DNA of 55,171 nucleotides, filler included, from Perkinsus olseni (Eukaryota): NCBI GenBank assembly GCA_013115125.1. It is 2 parts of 2 records of this genome, joined end to end, with 100 filler letters (N's around TTAATTAATTAA, not from the genome) between each part and the next. Parts side by side here need not be neighbours in the genome. Positions count along the whole stretch, not along the records: positions 1 to 27,545 come from JABANN010000463.1; 1 more part is not named here. One strand, 5' to 3'. Shown piece by piece: positions 1 to 12,800 of this stretch (position 1 is its first letter; each line of letters starts with the position of its first letter). The notes under the pieces were generated by a model. It saw only the letters and a program-made list of their open reading frames with translations, ran no database searches and was not told where the DNA came from. The position numbers and the translations under genes were made by a program.

Positions 1-860
1 TATGCCTAGCAATCACGAGAATAACAAATCGACCAAGATTATGCATTGGCCACAAGCCAATATTATATCACACGCTGATTGAGACTATCGTCCACTGCGC
101 AACTGATGCGCTAGCGAAAGAGAAAAAGAACGTGACTCAAGTCCCCAGCGACCCATTCTATGCATTGTAAACGCTAGTCAAAGCGAATGCGTCATCCAAA
201 ATAATCCTCTCAACGTACAGACATACATTAGCCGGGAAACCTCAGATCTACCTCGAGTTCACTCCAGAACTGACACACGAGCCCCAGTCTGAAGCCCTCT
301 CGCTAAGCTCCTCCCGATACAGAACCCCTGCGGCCTTAGCTGCTGAGAAAAATAATCGCTTACGTAAACTTAACCCTCAACTAAGTTGAGTCAACATGGC
401 AATTCGGGAATGATACGCCGATCTACGCCGACTCGTCAGGGGGAGAAGAGCTGAAAGTGACTGACATGCCCGACTCGGGCAGCCCGACCGCATCAGTGCC
501 TAGAGTTCGGTTGGGCTGACCGCTGAGCGCTCAAGATTCCTTCGAAGAGACCGAGAGCAAGTATTGTAGGGCTCTGAACCTGAACGGCGGCACTGAGCCT
601 AGTCACTGGGCTGACTACAACACCGACATCTCTGAGCAATATCCAGAAACTGGGGACAAAAACATGATTTCACACAACACATTTCGCAAATCAGCCGCAG
701 TTCACATCGCTGTCGCAGACGCAGTCCTTGTCGCACCCTGAATAGCATAACACCTTGGTAGCATCCAACTTGGATCATCCAAGGGCACAAGAAGACTTGC
801 ACATGATACGAGGCGCATTGGCCCACTGCCATTGGCTATTGACCGATAAACTACCAGGAT
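1..860 (-). CDS. Partial multi-exon hypothetical protein running off the window start
   Basis: Short open exon-like segments bounded by GT/AG (e.g. GPMRLVSCASLLVPLDDPSWMLPRCYAIQ, AAKAAGVLYREELSERASDW, FPANVCLYVERIILDDAF). No family recognised. Confidence 0.3.
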
Positions 861-899
861 GAGTACGGAGAGGAAAGGCTGACCCGCTCATCCGATGTG

Positions 900-3786
900 T
901 CACAGTGTGTCACACGGGGGCAAAGCTGGGAGTCCCAGCCTGGGACTCCCCGAGTCCGGCAGTACTTGGTCCTCGTTATTGCCGTGCTTGAACTCTCGCC
1001 ATTGCTTGGATTCCCTCTCAATGTCGTCGAACTCTCTAATAAGCGCTTCCTGTCTCGGAGTCAGCCGCTCGGGCAATGAGAGGGAGAAATGAAGCACAAG
1101 GTTCCCTCTTGGATTCGAAGCAGAGTCGACCGATGAACCTGCGAGTTGACGGAAGCGATACCGGACACGAATCGGCGACCTCCATCATGGAGGCTCCATG
1201 TCCACAGTGTGCTGTCAACTATTTATGATGCCGATCCCATTGTGGTGTGGACTCCACACCACTACGGGATCGGCATCATAAATAGACCGCGGGATTCGAA
1301 CAAATGCAGGCGGTCCACGAGCTTACCAGCACTGAGTTTGGGAGGCCCCTTCCCTCGAATTATCCTGCTATTGCCTGCAACAGACCAATGGTCAAAGATT
1401 CCACACATTCTGGCAAACTGGTAGAGCTGAGGTGTAATCGCGAATGAGCGAGCTAGACTTCCCACCAGGTAAGGTGTTCGGAGGGATCTGTAATTTGATA
1501 ATGTCTTTCTCCGAGGTCAGACTCGGGATCTCAACAGTCCCGCCCAGGAGGGCTTGGGAGAGAGTAACAGGTACAGTCAAGTGCACCTGTAGAAAAAAGG
1601 TGCCCTCGCAGCTTAGACCAATGCCCGAGACCCTGTTACATCTTCGTCAACTCGTTTGAATCTCTCATGCTCCTTAACCTTTATCGTGACAAACAAGTCT
1701 CCGCTCCTTCCTCCACGCAAGCCGCAGTGGCCCAAACCAGGCAACCGGAGCTCGGTAAACTGCCGTGCTCCCGCGGGAACAGAAACGAGTACCTCGAAAA
1801 AAAGAACAGGACACCAGTCTCCAAACTCCCCGCACGAGGCATGAGAACACTTGGACTACGACATGATCCACGAGGCGTTGGGGAACACTTGGATTACGTC
1901 TTTTCGGCGCACCATAGCTCCCTCCCCTCTACAACTACGACAAGGATGATCTAAAGTTTGTCCTGAGCCTGAGCATGTATTGCAGGGCATACCTGAGGAA
2001 AAGTGACCCGCGGATGAACAGAAACGAGATCGCTAGACGGCCTGAGTCTTATCCTACCAGTCCTACCTACAAGAGCACAGGAATTCGTTATTGAAGATCA
2101 AAACTTTTGATTCATAAGTCGATTGTTCACGGAAGAGACGCTACGACTGTTCGGGACAGTATGACGACCCTCCGTACCCATAGTCATTATGCCCCTCTCC
2201 ACTCGAACCGTTCCCGTACCCTTGCACTGCCGGCACCTGAAGCACTAGTTACCAGATGCCGACCCAACACTACAATTTCAGAGCATGAAGTCACAACTCC
2301 ACATCAGATGCGGCGCACTCAACCCACTGTGGAGGCCCCACGCACTTCACACCACCCCTCCACAAGAGGACAACGGTTCCCCACACAGCAGTAGGTGAAA
2401 AGGAGAACGTCAACGTGCTACGCCCGGGCTAGTTGTACATACATCGTCCAGCCGGTCCCTGCTGCGGCTCCACTCCCATTGCAAGTCTCACAACCCTGAC
2501 GGCAGGATAGAGCTACTGTCCTGGTGCTGCCGCGCATGGCTTCCATGAACGAAACCTGCACAATGCAGGCCCCAGACCCTCGACGTTCAAACCGAGATTG
2601 AGCTATCTCTCACTTCGATTTCAGTAGTGATGTCATCACCCCTCTGAGACACTTGTCCAGCCTGACGATATTTAGCTTGACGGCCGAAAACCTGAGAAAT
2701 CAGACCTAACCCTCAGCCTGACCGTGCACTCAAGTTGAGTTCACGAGTTGAGGCCACGTTGAGTGACTCAACGTGGCCATTTGAGCTGGTATCTCGGCAG
2801 CATGCGCATGATATCATCCCCGATATGTCCTAGCGGAGACCAGATCGACACTGCTAACTCAGCAATGCTGTCCCTGTTCATTCGAAGACGCCTCTCGCAA
2901 CACGCGATCCCCGTTGGCGATTCCCACCGCTAGTGGGCGCCCGAGAGGTATGATTTAACAGTGGCAGTCCGCGGGTTCTCCCAATATGGAGAGAAGCGCG
3001 AGTATATCTACCCAACCCTATCGTTCCGTCCTATATTGTGACTAAGCGACTACATGACGGACGACGGGTCAGGGGTTACCGAGCACTACTTTAGAGAACT
3101 CGCTGAACATTTGACTCGGATCGTGATGCCAGTCTCCTGCAGTGCTCGCCGAGGCTCCGCTACCCGTCGTCCCACTTCCAGCGGAGCCTACCAGGAACCT
3201 CTCGGACACGGCCTTACAGAAAAAATACAATTACAGTACCATTTCTCATTTCGCGCTGCTCCCGATCGAAAATTGCCCGCTTTTTAGGATCTGTTAGAAT
3301 CGCATAAGCGTCCGTCAAACTAGCCATCCGGCTCTGAGCTTCCGGATCATTAGGATTTCGATCTGGATGATACCTGAGCCACGACGGTGCTCCTGAGTCA
3401 CATCGCAGACCAAACTCTTCAATGGCATCCGGTCATGCCGGGCATTCCACGCCGAAGCGAACAACAAATAAGAAATAGAGGCCAAGAACATCCTCATTTA
3501 CGGCGAACACTCGTCCCTACATAATGGTTTTCCCAAGACGATTTCTGCAGCATAAGATGGGGAAAACAGAGGCCCTACCCGGCCACTCCCACACCTCCCC
3601 TTTTCCAAGCTCCTTGCCCTCTCACTTCTTCGCAAGCTCTCTAAATTTCTCCTTAATCTCTTTCTGCGTGGCTGCGGGCGACACCCCCATAATGCTGTAC
3701 GGATCCTTTTTCACGGTGGTAGAAAAATACCGTTGGTAACCAAACCCTGCCTGCCGCATCGCCAGCCGCCGTGTTGAGATCGCCAT
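900..3786 (-). CDS. dnaJ: Type I DnaJ/Hsp40 co-chaperone, probably mitochondrial (Mdj1/Tid1-like), multi-exon
   Basis: Arg-rich presequence MAISTRRLAMRQAGFGYQRYFST; J-domain KDPYSIMGVSPAATQKEIKEKFRELAKK|YHPDRNP (HPD ~3360-3372); zinc-finger CETCNGSG (~2470-2495); C-terminal GGRSGDLFV, VTLSQALLGGTVEIPSL, LPERLTPRQEALIREF. 3' end approximate. Confidence 0.93.
1219..1285. repeat. Long intronic hairpin with 1-nt centre
   Basis: ctatttatgatgccgatccc ... gtggtgtgga-c-tccacaccac ... gggatcggcatcataaatag inside DnaJ intron ~1139-1326. Confidence 0.85.
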
Positions 3787-4167
3787 TACAACAGCGGGAG
3801 AGAGAAATCTTCTCTCAGTTAATGTACACGCTGCGCCCGTTCGAAGAGCCCAAATCTTCACCCGTTCCCTACGACAGCATCCCTAGTGACCTCGAAAACT
3901 CATCGATAATCCCCCCAATTAACGGCGCTATTAAACTACAACGCGATACTCGGTCGCATACTAGAAAATGGACAACATTGGATCGGATCGCTAAGGTCAG
4001 TGTACAATACGATTATCAAACCCGTGGTGAGGTCCACTAACGAACCAAAACGATGCTGGAGGTGATAAAAGTCCAACTAACTACCAACCTTTTTAGCGTT
4101 AAATGTATACTCTGGATTCTCTCGTCTATCGGTAAAAGATGGAAGCAGAAAAAATATCAGTTCGTCC

Positions 4168-4200
<33 letters not shown>
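4168..4200. repeat. (GAT)11 microsatellite
   Basis: Directly visible tandem GAT repeat. Confidence 0.95.
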
Positions 4201-4201
<1 letters not shown>

Positions 4202-4429
4202 TTGTTACCCCGATAGAAGCTTCGCTTGAATGTATAAACACGCGAGAGAATTCTGAAGGATAGTTCCGCTTAGCAATAACTGCCGATCCATCGTTTGCGG
4301 GACCTAACAAGAGACAAAAACTTGATATTATACAAGTCTCCCAATATCTGTTGCACAGAAATTGCAGACTCGTCTCTGTCACACAGTTTCCCGTCTAACT
4401 ACGCAAATTCATTACTGACCATCTCCGCT

Positions 4430-7400
4430 GATACCCCCAAAAAAAGGGACAAGTTCACAGTGTCTTTGCAGTGAAAAGTTTGCACTCAGAACAATTCTAA
4501 ACTCACCAGAGGGTTCATCAGCATTTCCCGACCAAGAGTCACGTGAAACTCAGAAACTGCATACCCTCCCCCTCTTCCCCAAGGACCTCCCTGATTACAT
4601 CCTTCCCGATCTCAACGTGAGCTCCGCTGCGCCTCGAGAGCTCATCCAAGAATCCAGCCTTCACCCACGAGTTGATCGTATTGCGCCCAACGACCACCGA
4701 GAAGTAAGAAGCCTCATCATGATCTATATCAGAACCTGGACAACACACAGAGCATCAGCGGACAATGAACACCTGCAAGATTCGCGATGAAATGGGCCCG
4801 GGCTTATCGAGCGGTCCACGCTTTCGCTCACTATATAGAGAGAGGTCGAGAGCTGCTCGCCTTTCCCTATTACCAAGTCTATCAGCAGCAGTCCCCAATG
4901 CCACAGCGGCATTATCTAGAGACCCTCTCTGTCGGAATGCGGACGATGACTCGCTAACTCCCTCATAGCTATGCGATCCACGATGGCCCTGACAACAGCA
5001 ACCCTTTCCGTCAAGCCCTCGAACTCCGGCCGTACCCTAGGGCTCTCGGTCGAGCGACCATGAGATTGATATTCCTGTTGATGGTGATGATGATGCCTCG
5101 CCCTCTTGCTTTCTGGGCTATATTCTCTATCCCTGTCCCCCGGATGTTGATCTCTCCTCCCGACTTCCTCCTGGCCCCGACCTGCCCCTTCCTCTGGCGA
5201 GGACGGCGTGGCCGGCATAAAACTCAACTCGATCGCAACGAGCACCATCAACGCTGCTTTAACCTGACCCAGATCCGCTATGCTCAGTCGAAGACGATTC
5301 GCCCTATCGCCAACCAAACGGCTTCGCACTCCCCAACCTACCCGCTTATCGAGAGACCCTTCAAAAGTTACGAAGCGCGTCGGCATATCACTAGACTCGC
5401 TCTTCTGAACTTGAACGTTGCATCCTGATCGGAAAAACCTTCATCCTTCGTTCTCACATACGTGTACGGCAAACAGCACTTTCATACCGTGATGCCAGGA
5501 TGAGCGGCAGACAGTCGAGAAAAGATAAGAGAACAAAAAGAGTTACGTCAAACCCGTACACGACGAACTTTGCCAAGGTTCTCAAGCGAGCACTGGGAGT
5601 CCTCCAATGCCTCATCGCACCTCACTCATCGCTTTACGACGAGGAATCTCACATTATCATCAGCCGCGAACACCGTGCTTCATTACACAAACAATATACA
5701 GGAACGTTGATGCTTGACTAGAAATGATGGACATGAAGTTCATCTAGCATACAAGGGCCCGCCAGAAATTACAAAGGCCACCGGCCGTTCCAACCCCACA
5801 AAGCGGTCCACCCTTATACGGCTATTACCAGTAGTTTTACATATCCAGTTGATAGTGTCTCCTCCTCGTCCTATAACGTTACGTGTCTTGCTAGCTTGTA
5901 TAAGTAGCTCAGTGTACTGAAAAAACAACGAGAGACACTCGCCTCCACCATCCAAACCGTATGAAATCTCACTGCGCAGACTATACAACGGCATGAGCAC
6001 AAAAACTAGCGAATTCCACTCCCACGAAGCCACACCCAGTCAACCCATTCCCTCGCCGCAACCCTCGCATTGTACCGACTGTCCCCGCCATTGGAATTTC
6101 GAGGCGCGCGAAATACCCCAGACCGCAATACTTTATCTTCCTTCACATCCAAGACCTCCATAGTCTTCACCATGCCCCTGGATTTCTCCGCCATGGTCCC
6201 TCTCAACACCATCACTTCATTACGATTGGGCGCCAACTGATCAAGACACGCATCACAGGTGCTCCCCAGTCCACATTGTAAAGCGGCGGAGCACGATACT
6301 CGGTTGTGAGGATGGAACCCCACTCGACATGCTTCTTCAGATGGCATCGTACAGCCTCAGGAAATTACCTTAGGGTTAGGTGGGAACTGATCAGCCTTTT
6401 CAAATTGTATCCTGGCTCCACTGCAGTGTTCAATCTCTGTGATCGACTTACCATTCTTACCAATAACGAATGCCGAATAACGTCTATCAACCACCAGCAT
6501 CACTGGCGACCCCGAGTCCTGAAATCACACAACGCAATGGCCCAATAAACCATCCCATAGGAAGTCTCCCCAAGCATAGACTCGAGGCGCTTGTTCCTCC
6601 TGTCGAAAAACTACTCCTTCAGGAGAAGACGCCTTTTAATTCTGATCCTTACTGCAACAACACACCGAACGCAGTTCTTCTCTACTCACTGAGAGCGTCA
6701 ACCGACACCCCTAATCTCACCTGATCTCGAGGAATCTTTTCCAATCCTGGTACCCACGGCACAACAACTTCTCCAGGTCTACTCTCGATCTCAACCGGTG
6801 GTCCCGGTGGCGGAGGGGGAGGTGGTGGTGCACTCCGATCACCCTGTCGATCTGAGAGAAACCAGTCTAGTGACCGCAGACCCCATCCTTCTCAACTCAC
6901 CACTGCCCATCACAAGCGCGCTCGCCTCCTCGAAGGGGATCCGCTTGCTTCGTACTACCTCTTCGACCTGCACAACAACAATACCCCAAGCATTCACCGC
7001 GATTCATTTAAGCACAGCGGTGAGCCATTCAACGCAGCTCTGTCGAGATCCGCTCGACTGTAACTTTCCCGGGCAACTCGCTAGCACTACCGTATTCCTG
7101 AGCTTGCTTATAACGGCAGCGGTCGCCTCGTCCGACCCCTTGATGATGACCGGTCTGACCATCATACCCTCAATAGGTGCCTTGGCAATCTGAGAACAAA
7201 AGTGCAATCCCTGGGAATCGAACCTGGGCCAATACTCACCGTGACTTCGCAGTGAAAATCTGATTCCAATGCTCGCAGTCGTTGGCCTCTCCCATCAAGG
7301 AACGCAAACGATGTAACCTAGATGACAACAACAAGGTAACAAAGTAGCATTCAACCGTCCACGCAATGAGCCTGGGTCAGAGAACCCAAGGCTGGGCGCC

Positions 7401-8840
7401 CCTTCCACCTCAGGTATCAGCAGTACGAATATCCCCCGACTCTGTGGCTTGTCACGTCGTAACATATCCAGCAGCTTGGCGATGGCAGTATCGACTTGTT
7501 GAGGGTTACCTGCAAGATGATACTCACCGTTGAGGCTGCCATGAGGAGCAGGATATTACCGATAAAAGTGACGACTCGGTCCACCAAGGACTTTGGCGTT
7601 TCACTCGGCTTCGATACGTGAACATTAGCGCCGCTCAACTTCTGCAAGCGATGAAGACCGGTACCGCGGACTCCGATGATGTGACCTGTTGATGCGTACA
7701 ATCTCATACCACTCCTTTCACAACTCCTCCTACCTGCGATATCATCAGGGACCAAGCATCGACATGGCAGGTAGTCCCTTCCTGGCTGTTGTTGCTGTGG
7801 CTGAGCCTGCCCAACACGATTGGCCCCGGTCCACCTCCGCACCGGCCCGGTCGATTGATCGCCGCTGTTACGACGCCTTTTGCTGCTGCTTCGTCTCTCG
7901 CTTGCCGGTTCCTCACGGCTGGCCGGCTGCTCCGCTGGAGGCTCATTACCATGGCCAGATCTCGGAGAGGGATCTTCATGCTCATCGTCGTGGTGCTCCT
8001 CGGCACTATACCCCTCTTCATCCTCTCTATCATGGTCATCATCACCGAGGCTATCCTCCTCATCGTCATCATCATCAACTCGGTCATCTGGTGGTGGTTG
8101 GAAGATAGTAGACGCATTGGTCGTGGAAGCCACCCCAGTCCCTGATTGATGCTGCTGAGCCGCTGCCGCTGCTGCCGCCGTCTCGTCGTAGTCAACGTCC
8201 TCAGAAGTGACTCCGTAATCCATAGTAGAGACGAAGGAGGAGATTGAAGGGGTCACAGACGTGAGAGAGGTATAACAGGCCTACAACAACCGACGACGAC
8301 AACAACAGGCAGGAGGAGGACCAGTGAGAATAACGATACCAGTAACAATAACGAGAAGACCAGCACCACCGATAAGCCGGATGATGGGGGCGAAGCAGAA
8401 GAAGCAGACAGGATTCACCGAGGCTGAGTTGTCGACCAGCAACAACGATAGAGCTACAACACTATTAGTTACCAATAAGAAGAAGGAGTGCTGGCAGCAG
8501 AATGAGGACAGTAAAACTGATGCATTGAGAGGATTGAACCCACGACCACCTCCATCGAATAAACAGACATACAGTACTACTCGCCCAGCCAACGCGACAT
8601 AAACCGACTGGAAGACAACAGAATCATGTCTTGAACCCTCACATTCCGTCTACCACACCCCTCGAGAACTTCACAGCGTCATCTTGCCTCTCAGAGGCAG
8701 CCTCTAGGACTTCACTAACGACACCACAAACTCATCAATTCCCAAGCGGGCGTATCCTGCGACCAGTGGAGGTCAGAATAACATCAGGCACGACCACACG
8801 CGGAGAGATTTCAGCGGAAACACCATCTTCAACCGCTCCC
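4430..8840 (-). CDS. Multi-KH-domain RNA-binding protein, multi-exon, ends approximate
   Basis: KH GxxG motifs GHIIGVRGTGLHRLQKLSGANVHVSK (~7600-7690) and VIGRGGDTINWICKTTGNSRIRVD (~5810-5880); further degenerate KH segments (LDELSRRSGAHVEIG ~4600); acidic and Gln/Arg-rich low-complexity linkers. Confidence 0.8.
7203..7230 (-). pseudogene. tRNA-Gly-like 3' half inside a 50-nt intron (7190-7239)
   Basis: GGCCCAGGTTCGATTCCCAGGGATTGCA followed by CTTTTG..CAG; 20/28 identical to the 3' end of the tRNA-Gly at 9332-9403. Confidence 0.7.
8521..8547 (-). pseudogene. tRNA-like T-arm/acceptor fragment in a putative intron (8517-8580)
   Basis: GGTCGTGGGTTCAATCCTCTCAATGCA immediately before TCAG; intron boundaries not confirmed by homology. 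Confidence 0.5.
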
Positions 8841-9331
8841 TGACCCAACAGGGCCCCAAGAACAGCTTTCTCCGAGCTTTGGGTGCAATTGCAGGGCCCG
8901 TGGAGCTCGCTCCTGATCGATATTTCTCGGATTCCTCTGCGTCAGCTCGAAGAGAGCGTTACCTCTCCGCTCTCTCACGATACGATGCCGGGCTGGATAG
9001 GAGGGAGAGAGAGGCACACGTTATAAAAAATGATGAGAGATTTGGCCGGGTGACGCACGTGTGGAACAACAATTAGAAAACGCAAAACATGTTTCGCTTC
9101 GCTCCGTCCGTAAACTGCGCTATCGCCACCGAAAGCGCAGGTTGGTGGTTGCGACTGTTGAGCATATCTCAGAACAATGTGCATACGATCCTTTTTCTTT
9201 GCGAGAAAATTGATACAAACTTTGCCCTGCCAAGTTCGAACAAACTCAACGTAGTCATCTCAACTACTAGTTGAGACTACTGAGTTGGCAACTAGTCTCC
9301 ACCAGCTCACAGATATACCTCTTGATCAGCA

Positions 9332-9403
9332 GCACCGTTAGTCTAATGGTTAGGATATCTGCCTTCCAAGCAGATGGTCCGGGTTCAATTCCCGGACGGT
9401 GCA
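9332..9403 (+). tRNA. tRNA-Gly(TCC): tRNA-Gly (anticodon TCC)
   Basis: 72-nt cloverleaf: acceptor GCACCGT/ACGGTGC, D-loop TAGTCTAATGGTTAG, anticodon arm TCTGC-CTTCCAA-GCAGA, T-arm CCGGG-TTCAATT-CCCGG. Confidence 0.97.
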
Positions 9404-9853
9404 GTTTATCTTGGGTGATATATTGTGTGAATCTCAAATCGAGCGGAGGCTGATACTCGAGTCTCATCGCTGCAACGAAACCGGACAGAACAGGAAGCCG
9501 TCACTTTCCACGAATTCCCGTGTCGCATTCCCTGAGAGGGAATAGTCGCTCAGGCTTTATGCGACCAAACGTCAATAGGTCGACTACACGTTGTCATACG
9601 ACATTTATGATCACTTAAACCCAACTCTGATCTACATCGTCAATGCAGGGAATGGTACAACTATAGAAGGATGGACGTTTCAGGGACAACAGACTGGCTG
9701 CTGCTGCCGATGATTATTTCTATTAAATCGCTACGGATTCTGGAATGGGCTCGATATCGATGGGCCATAACCTGACACGCCGCGACTACGTCCAGAAGGC
9801 ACTCACACAAGCCACTCACAGCAAGTGTTAGTATCAAGTAACATAGGACGAGG

Positions 9854-12800
9854 CTAAGCGACAGTCGCCGCGCTAGGCTCAGCTGTCATATCGCTAATCT
9901 GAGGCAACCAACACCACTCACAGCAGTACACGAGCCGTCTCAAGTCGCTCAAATCGGTGATCATTAGGCCACACACGTATGCAGAATAAACCCCAGTTCG
10001 GTCAACTCCCACGAACACGCGCAATATTTCAGTGGTCAGACTTCGCTCTCGAACTCTTCGATCGTGAAAACAACAACTCACCGAGCTGTTGACGTTTGCT
10101 TCTTCCTCTTCTTCTTCCTTGCTTTTCTCCTGTTCCTCCTTCCGTTCAGCTCGAGCAGCCTCTATGTGATGAATCAGCTCGAGTTGCACCAAAAGCTCGT
10201 TAAATCGGCCCTGAAAGATTTCATCTCGGAGCCACACTATCGGTCTAACCCCCAGCACGCCCGAACCTTACCATGATCTTCCTGCACTGTTGCATAACAA
10301 AGGTCTCCGGTGCGTTGTACAGAGCACAGTTGGTAAAGACCAGATCACAGTCCTCGTAAAACAGCAACGCGTTTTCGTACTCCCCCTTGTGGAGCTTCTT
10401 ACGTATCTGAGACAACCCGCGTGAGGGTGGGTCGGGGGAATTATCCAGAGATTGAAAAGGGAAGGGGAAGAAGAAAAAGCACGAGGATGGGGAAAAAGGG
10501 GAAAAAGAACGGTAATTATAACGGCCTGTAATACGCGAAAGTAAACACCATCTCAGTTGGAGGTCTGTGCAGTTCAATGGTTCGAATGCACAAAACCAAA
10601 CGGAACAAGTTGGTGTTCATGCATTGCGTCTCTCTATTGGAAAAATGGCAATTCCCTGCCCACTCCGACGAGAAATCACGCCCTTAGTGAAAAAAACCAG
10701 CTATTTGGCAATAATACCACTGCTAGCAGCCATTTGTTTTACCAATCCACGAAAGGGCTAAAAATATGAACCTCGCCTCCACGCTGTGCGTCACCACGAT
10801 AGAGGAGGCCTTCCCGTGAGGAGAACAGCCCAGTTGCTGTTAAACCCAAGCTTACCGTTCCGAAGTCCATCGGGTGTTTGACGACGGTGAAGTAATCTGA
10901 GCACTCGTCCTTCACGGGATCTACCGGCTTCAGAAATATCCGAGTATCATCGAAACTGAAATGCACACATGACACCAGATGAAGCGTTCGGAATAATTTG
11001 CGTTTTTCCACCTCGGCTGCTAGCGATCAGTACTACCCGAGAACATAGTAGAAGGAAACATAACCGGAATACTCGAAGCCACAATAGCTAGACTGCAACC
11101 CGAAAATTGGTCCCGATGCCTCAATTCCAAAGAAAAATAAAGACGTCCGCTCCACCAGCAGTGTAGCTGCCAGTGCTAGTCTATCGCTCATACCTGGACT
11201 CGGAAGATCTCCCCACACGATTAATATTTTGACAGCACGGTTATCCGAGTCCGGAAAAACAACGAGAGCACATTGCCAAGAATCGATCCTTAAACCTCTC
11301 GGTTGGCAAACTAGATTACTAACCCACTTAGCAGTATCATGCGCGTCCACCTCCTACTTATGAATATCCCGGACGAGCTGTTTCGCCAACTGTTGCCATT
11401 TCTTAGCCCCTCCTCGACTCGACCGAGGTTGCGGGGAGTTCATCACACCACTCTGCAACTGCCCGTTCAACTTTGCTGGACTAGTCTGCGACGGGGGGAA
11501 CCCGAACGAAATCGGTGCCTAAAATGAATGCTGTGGGACTTGAACCGGCCACCTCCAGAATCTGGATCTGTGCTCCTTTTAAAATCATTTTCCTGACTCT
11601 TTCCCAACAGCTGTGCCATCGTAGCACATCCACGTCCCTTCAGCACTCGATAGCCCAACACGATGACGAATATATCTTCATTTCCACCGACATCGTTGAC
11701 TCTCAACCCGGTCGAGAATTAAAATGAATTTGTATAATGTTTTCTAAACGGGAAATTCTCATTTTTCTATGAGAGATTCGCAACAGAGATCCGAGGAGAA
11801 ATCTGTATAAATTGGAATAAAACTTGATCCGATTCAGTATAAGACGTCGTAGCAGATGTCGAGCCGAGGCTGCTGCTTACGTTTTTCTCCCACACAGCAA
11901 TGTCGGGATACTTCCTCTCAAACTCCTCCATCTGCTCCACCGTCACCATCGCGCCTCCACTATTCGCAGTAGCCTGAAAAGGTCAGCGCCGAGGATCGAA
12001 CCCGGGACCTTCCAGTCGCTCACTACCCCATCCCCCTTGTACACTAATCGATACTTCTTCCGGGGAGGAGCTCCCGAATCCGCGAGGCTTGATAATGCTT
12101 TGTCGGCCATGGACGCCAAGTACGCCCGACTAATACAAAAAACCATATTGCTTCGCTCCGCTAACAAAATCCCGGACTGTACAAAAAAGCGAATTTGCGC
12201 ATAATCCTTCACAGCGTGCCAAGTGGTCATAGCACGCTTACCGCTAAAGGGAATGACGTCGAATCGACCCGACAACCTTACGGAAGGGCGACGCCCGCTC
12301 GACCCTCTCCCTCACTACAGCATATCGTTATCCTTAACAAAGAACTTGGCGTCCTTCCCCTTCACATCACGTTGGGCCGCATAGACTCCGAGCTCTTCAA
12401 TCAGCATTTTGCACATCTCCACTCGATTCTCTCTCGCCGCGTAGAACAAGGGGGGCTGGCAAGAGAAAACGGCAGTAGCAATCCATCTCCCCACGAACGC
12501 AGTCTTGACGCAGTTATTCGGCTACTGGACGATTACTCAAATAGTAACGCAATTGGCATGCTATCCGAAAATAATTCTCGCAGGAAATGATGCCGCTGCC
12601 AGGATTCGAACCCGATACCTCCTGCGACCACTACCTGCCCAGTATGGTCCACTATGTCCGCTTTAGCGCCATGTACCGTGACCAGAGCTCGAGTGCAATG
12701 GATGTGTCCCTCTCTCACCGCGTAAAACCTTATCAAGGAACATCGATACCCATGATCCACCTTACCAGAACTACAAATTTTGCGTCGCGAAACAGTCAGT

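Noticed and set aside
7689-8195. Several overlapping ORFs in both directions
   Set aside because: Shadow frames of a low-complexity exon of the KH gene.
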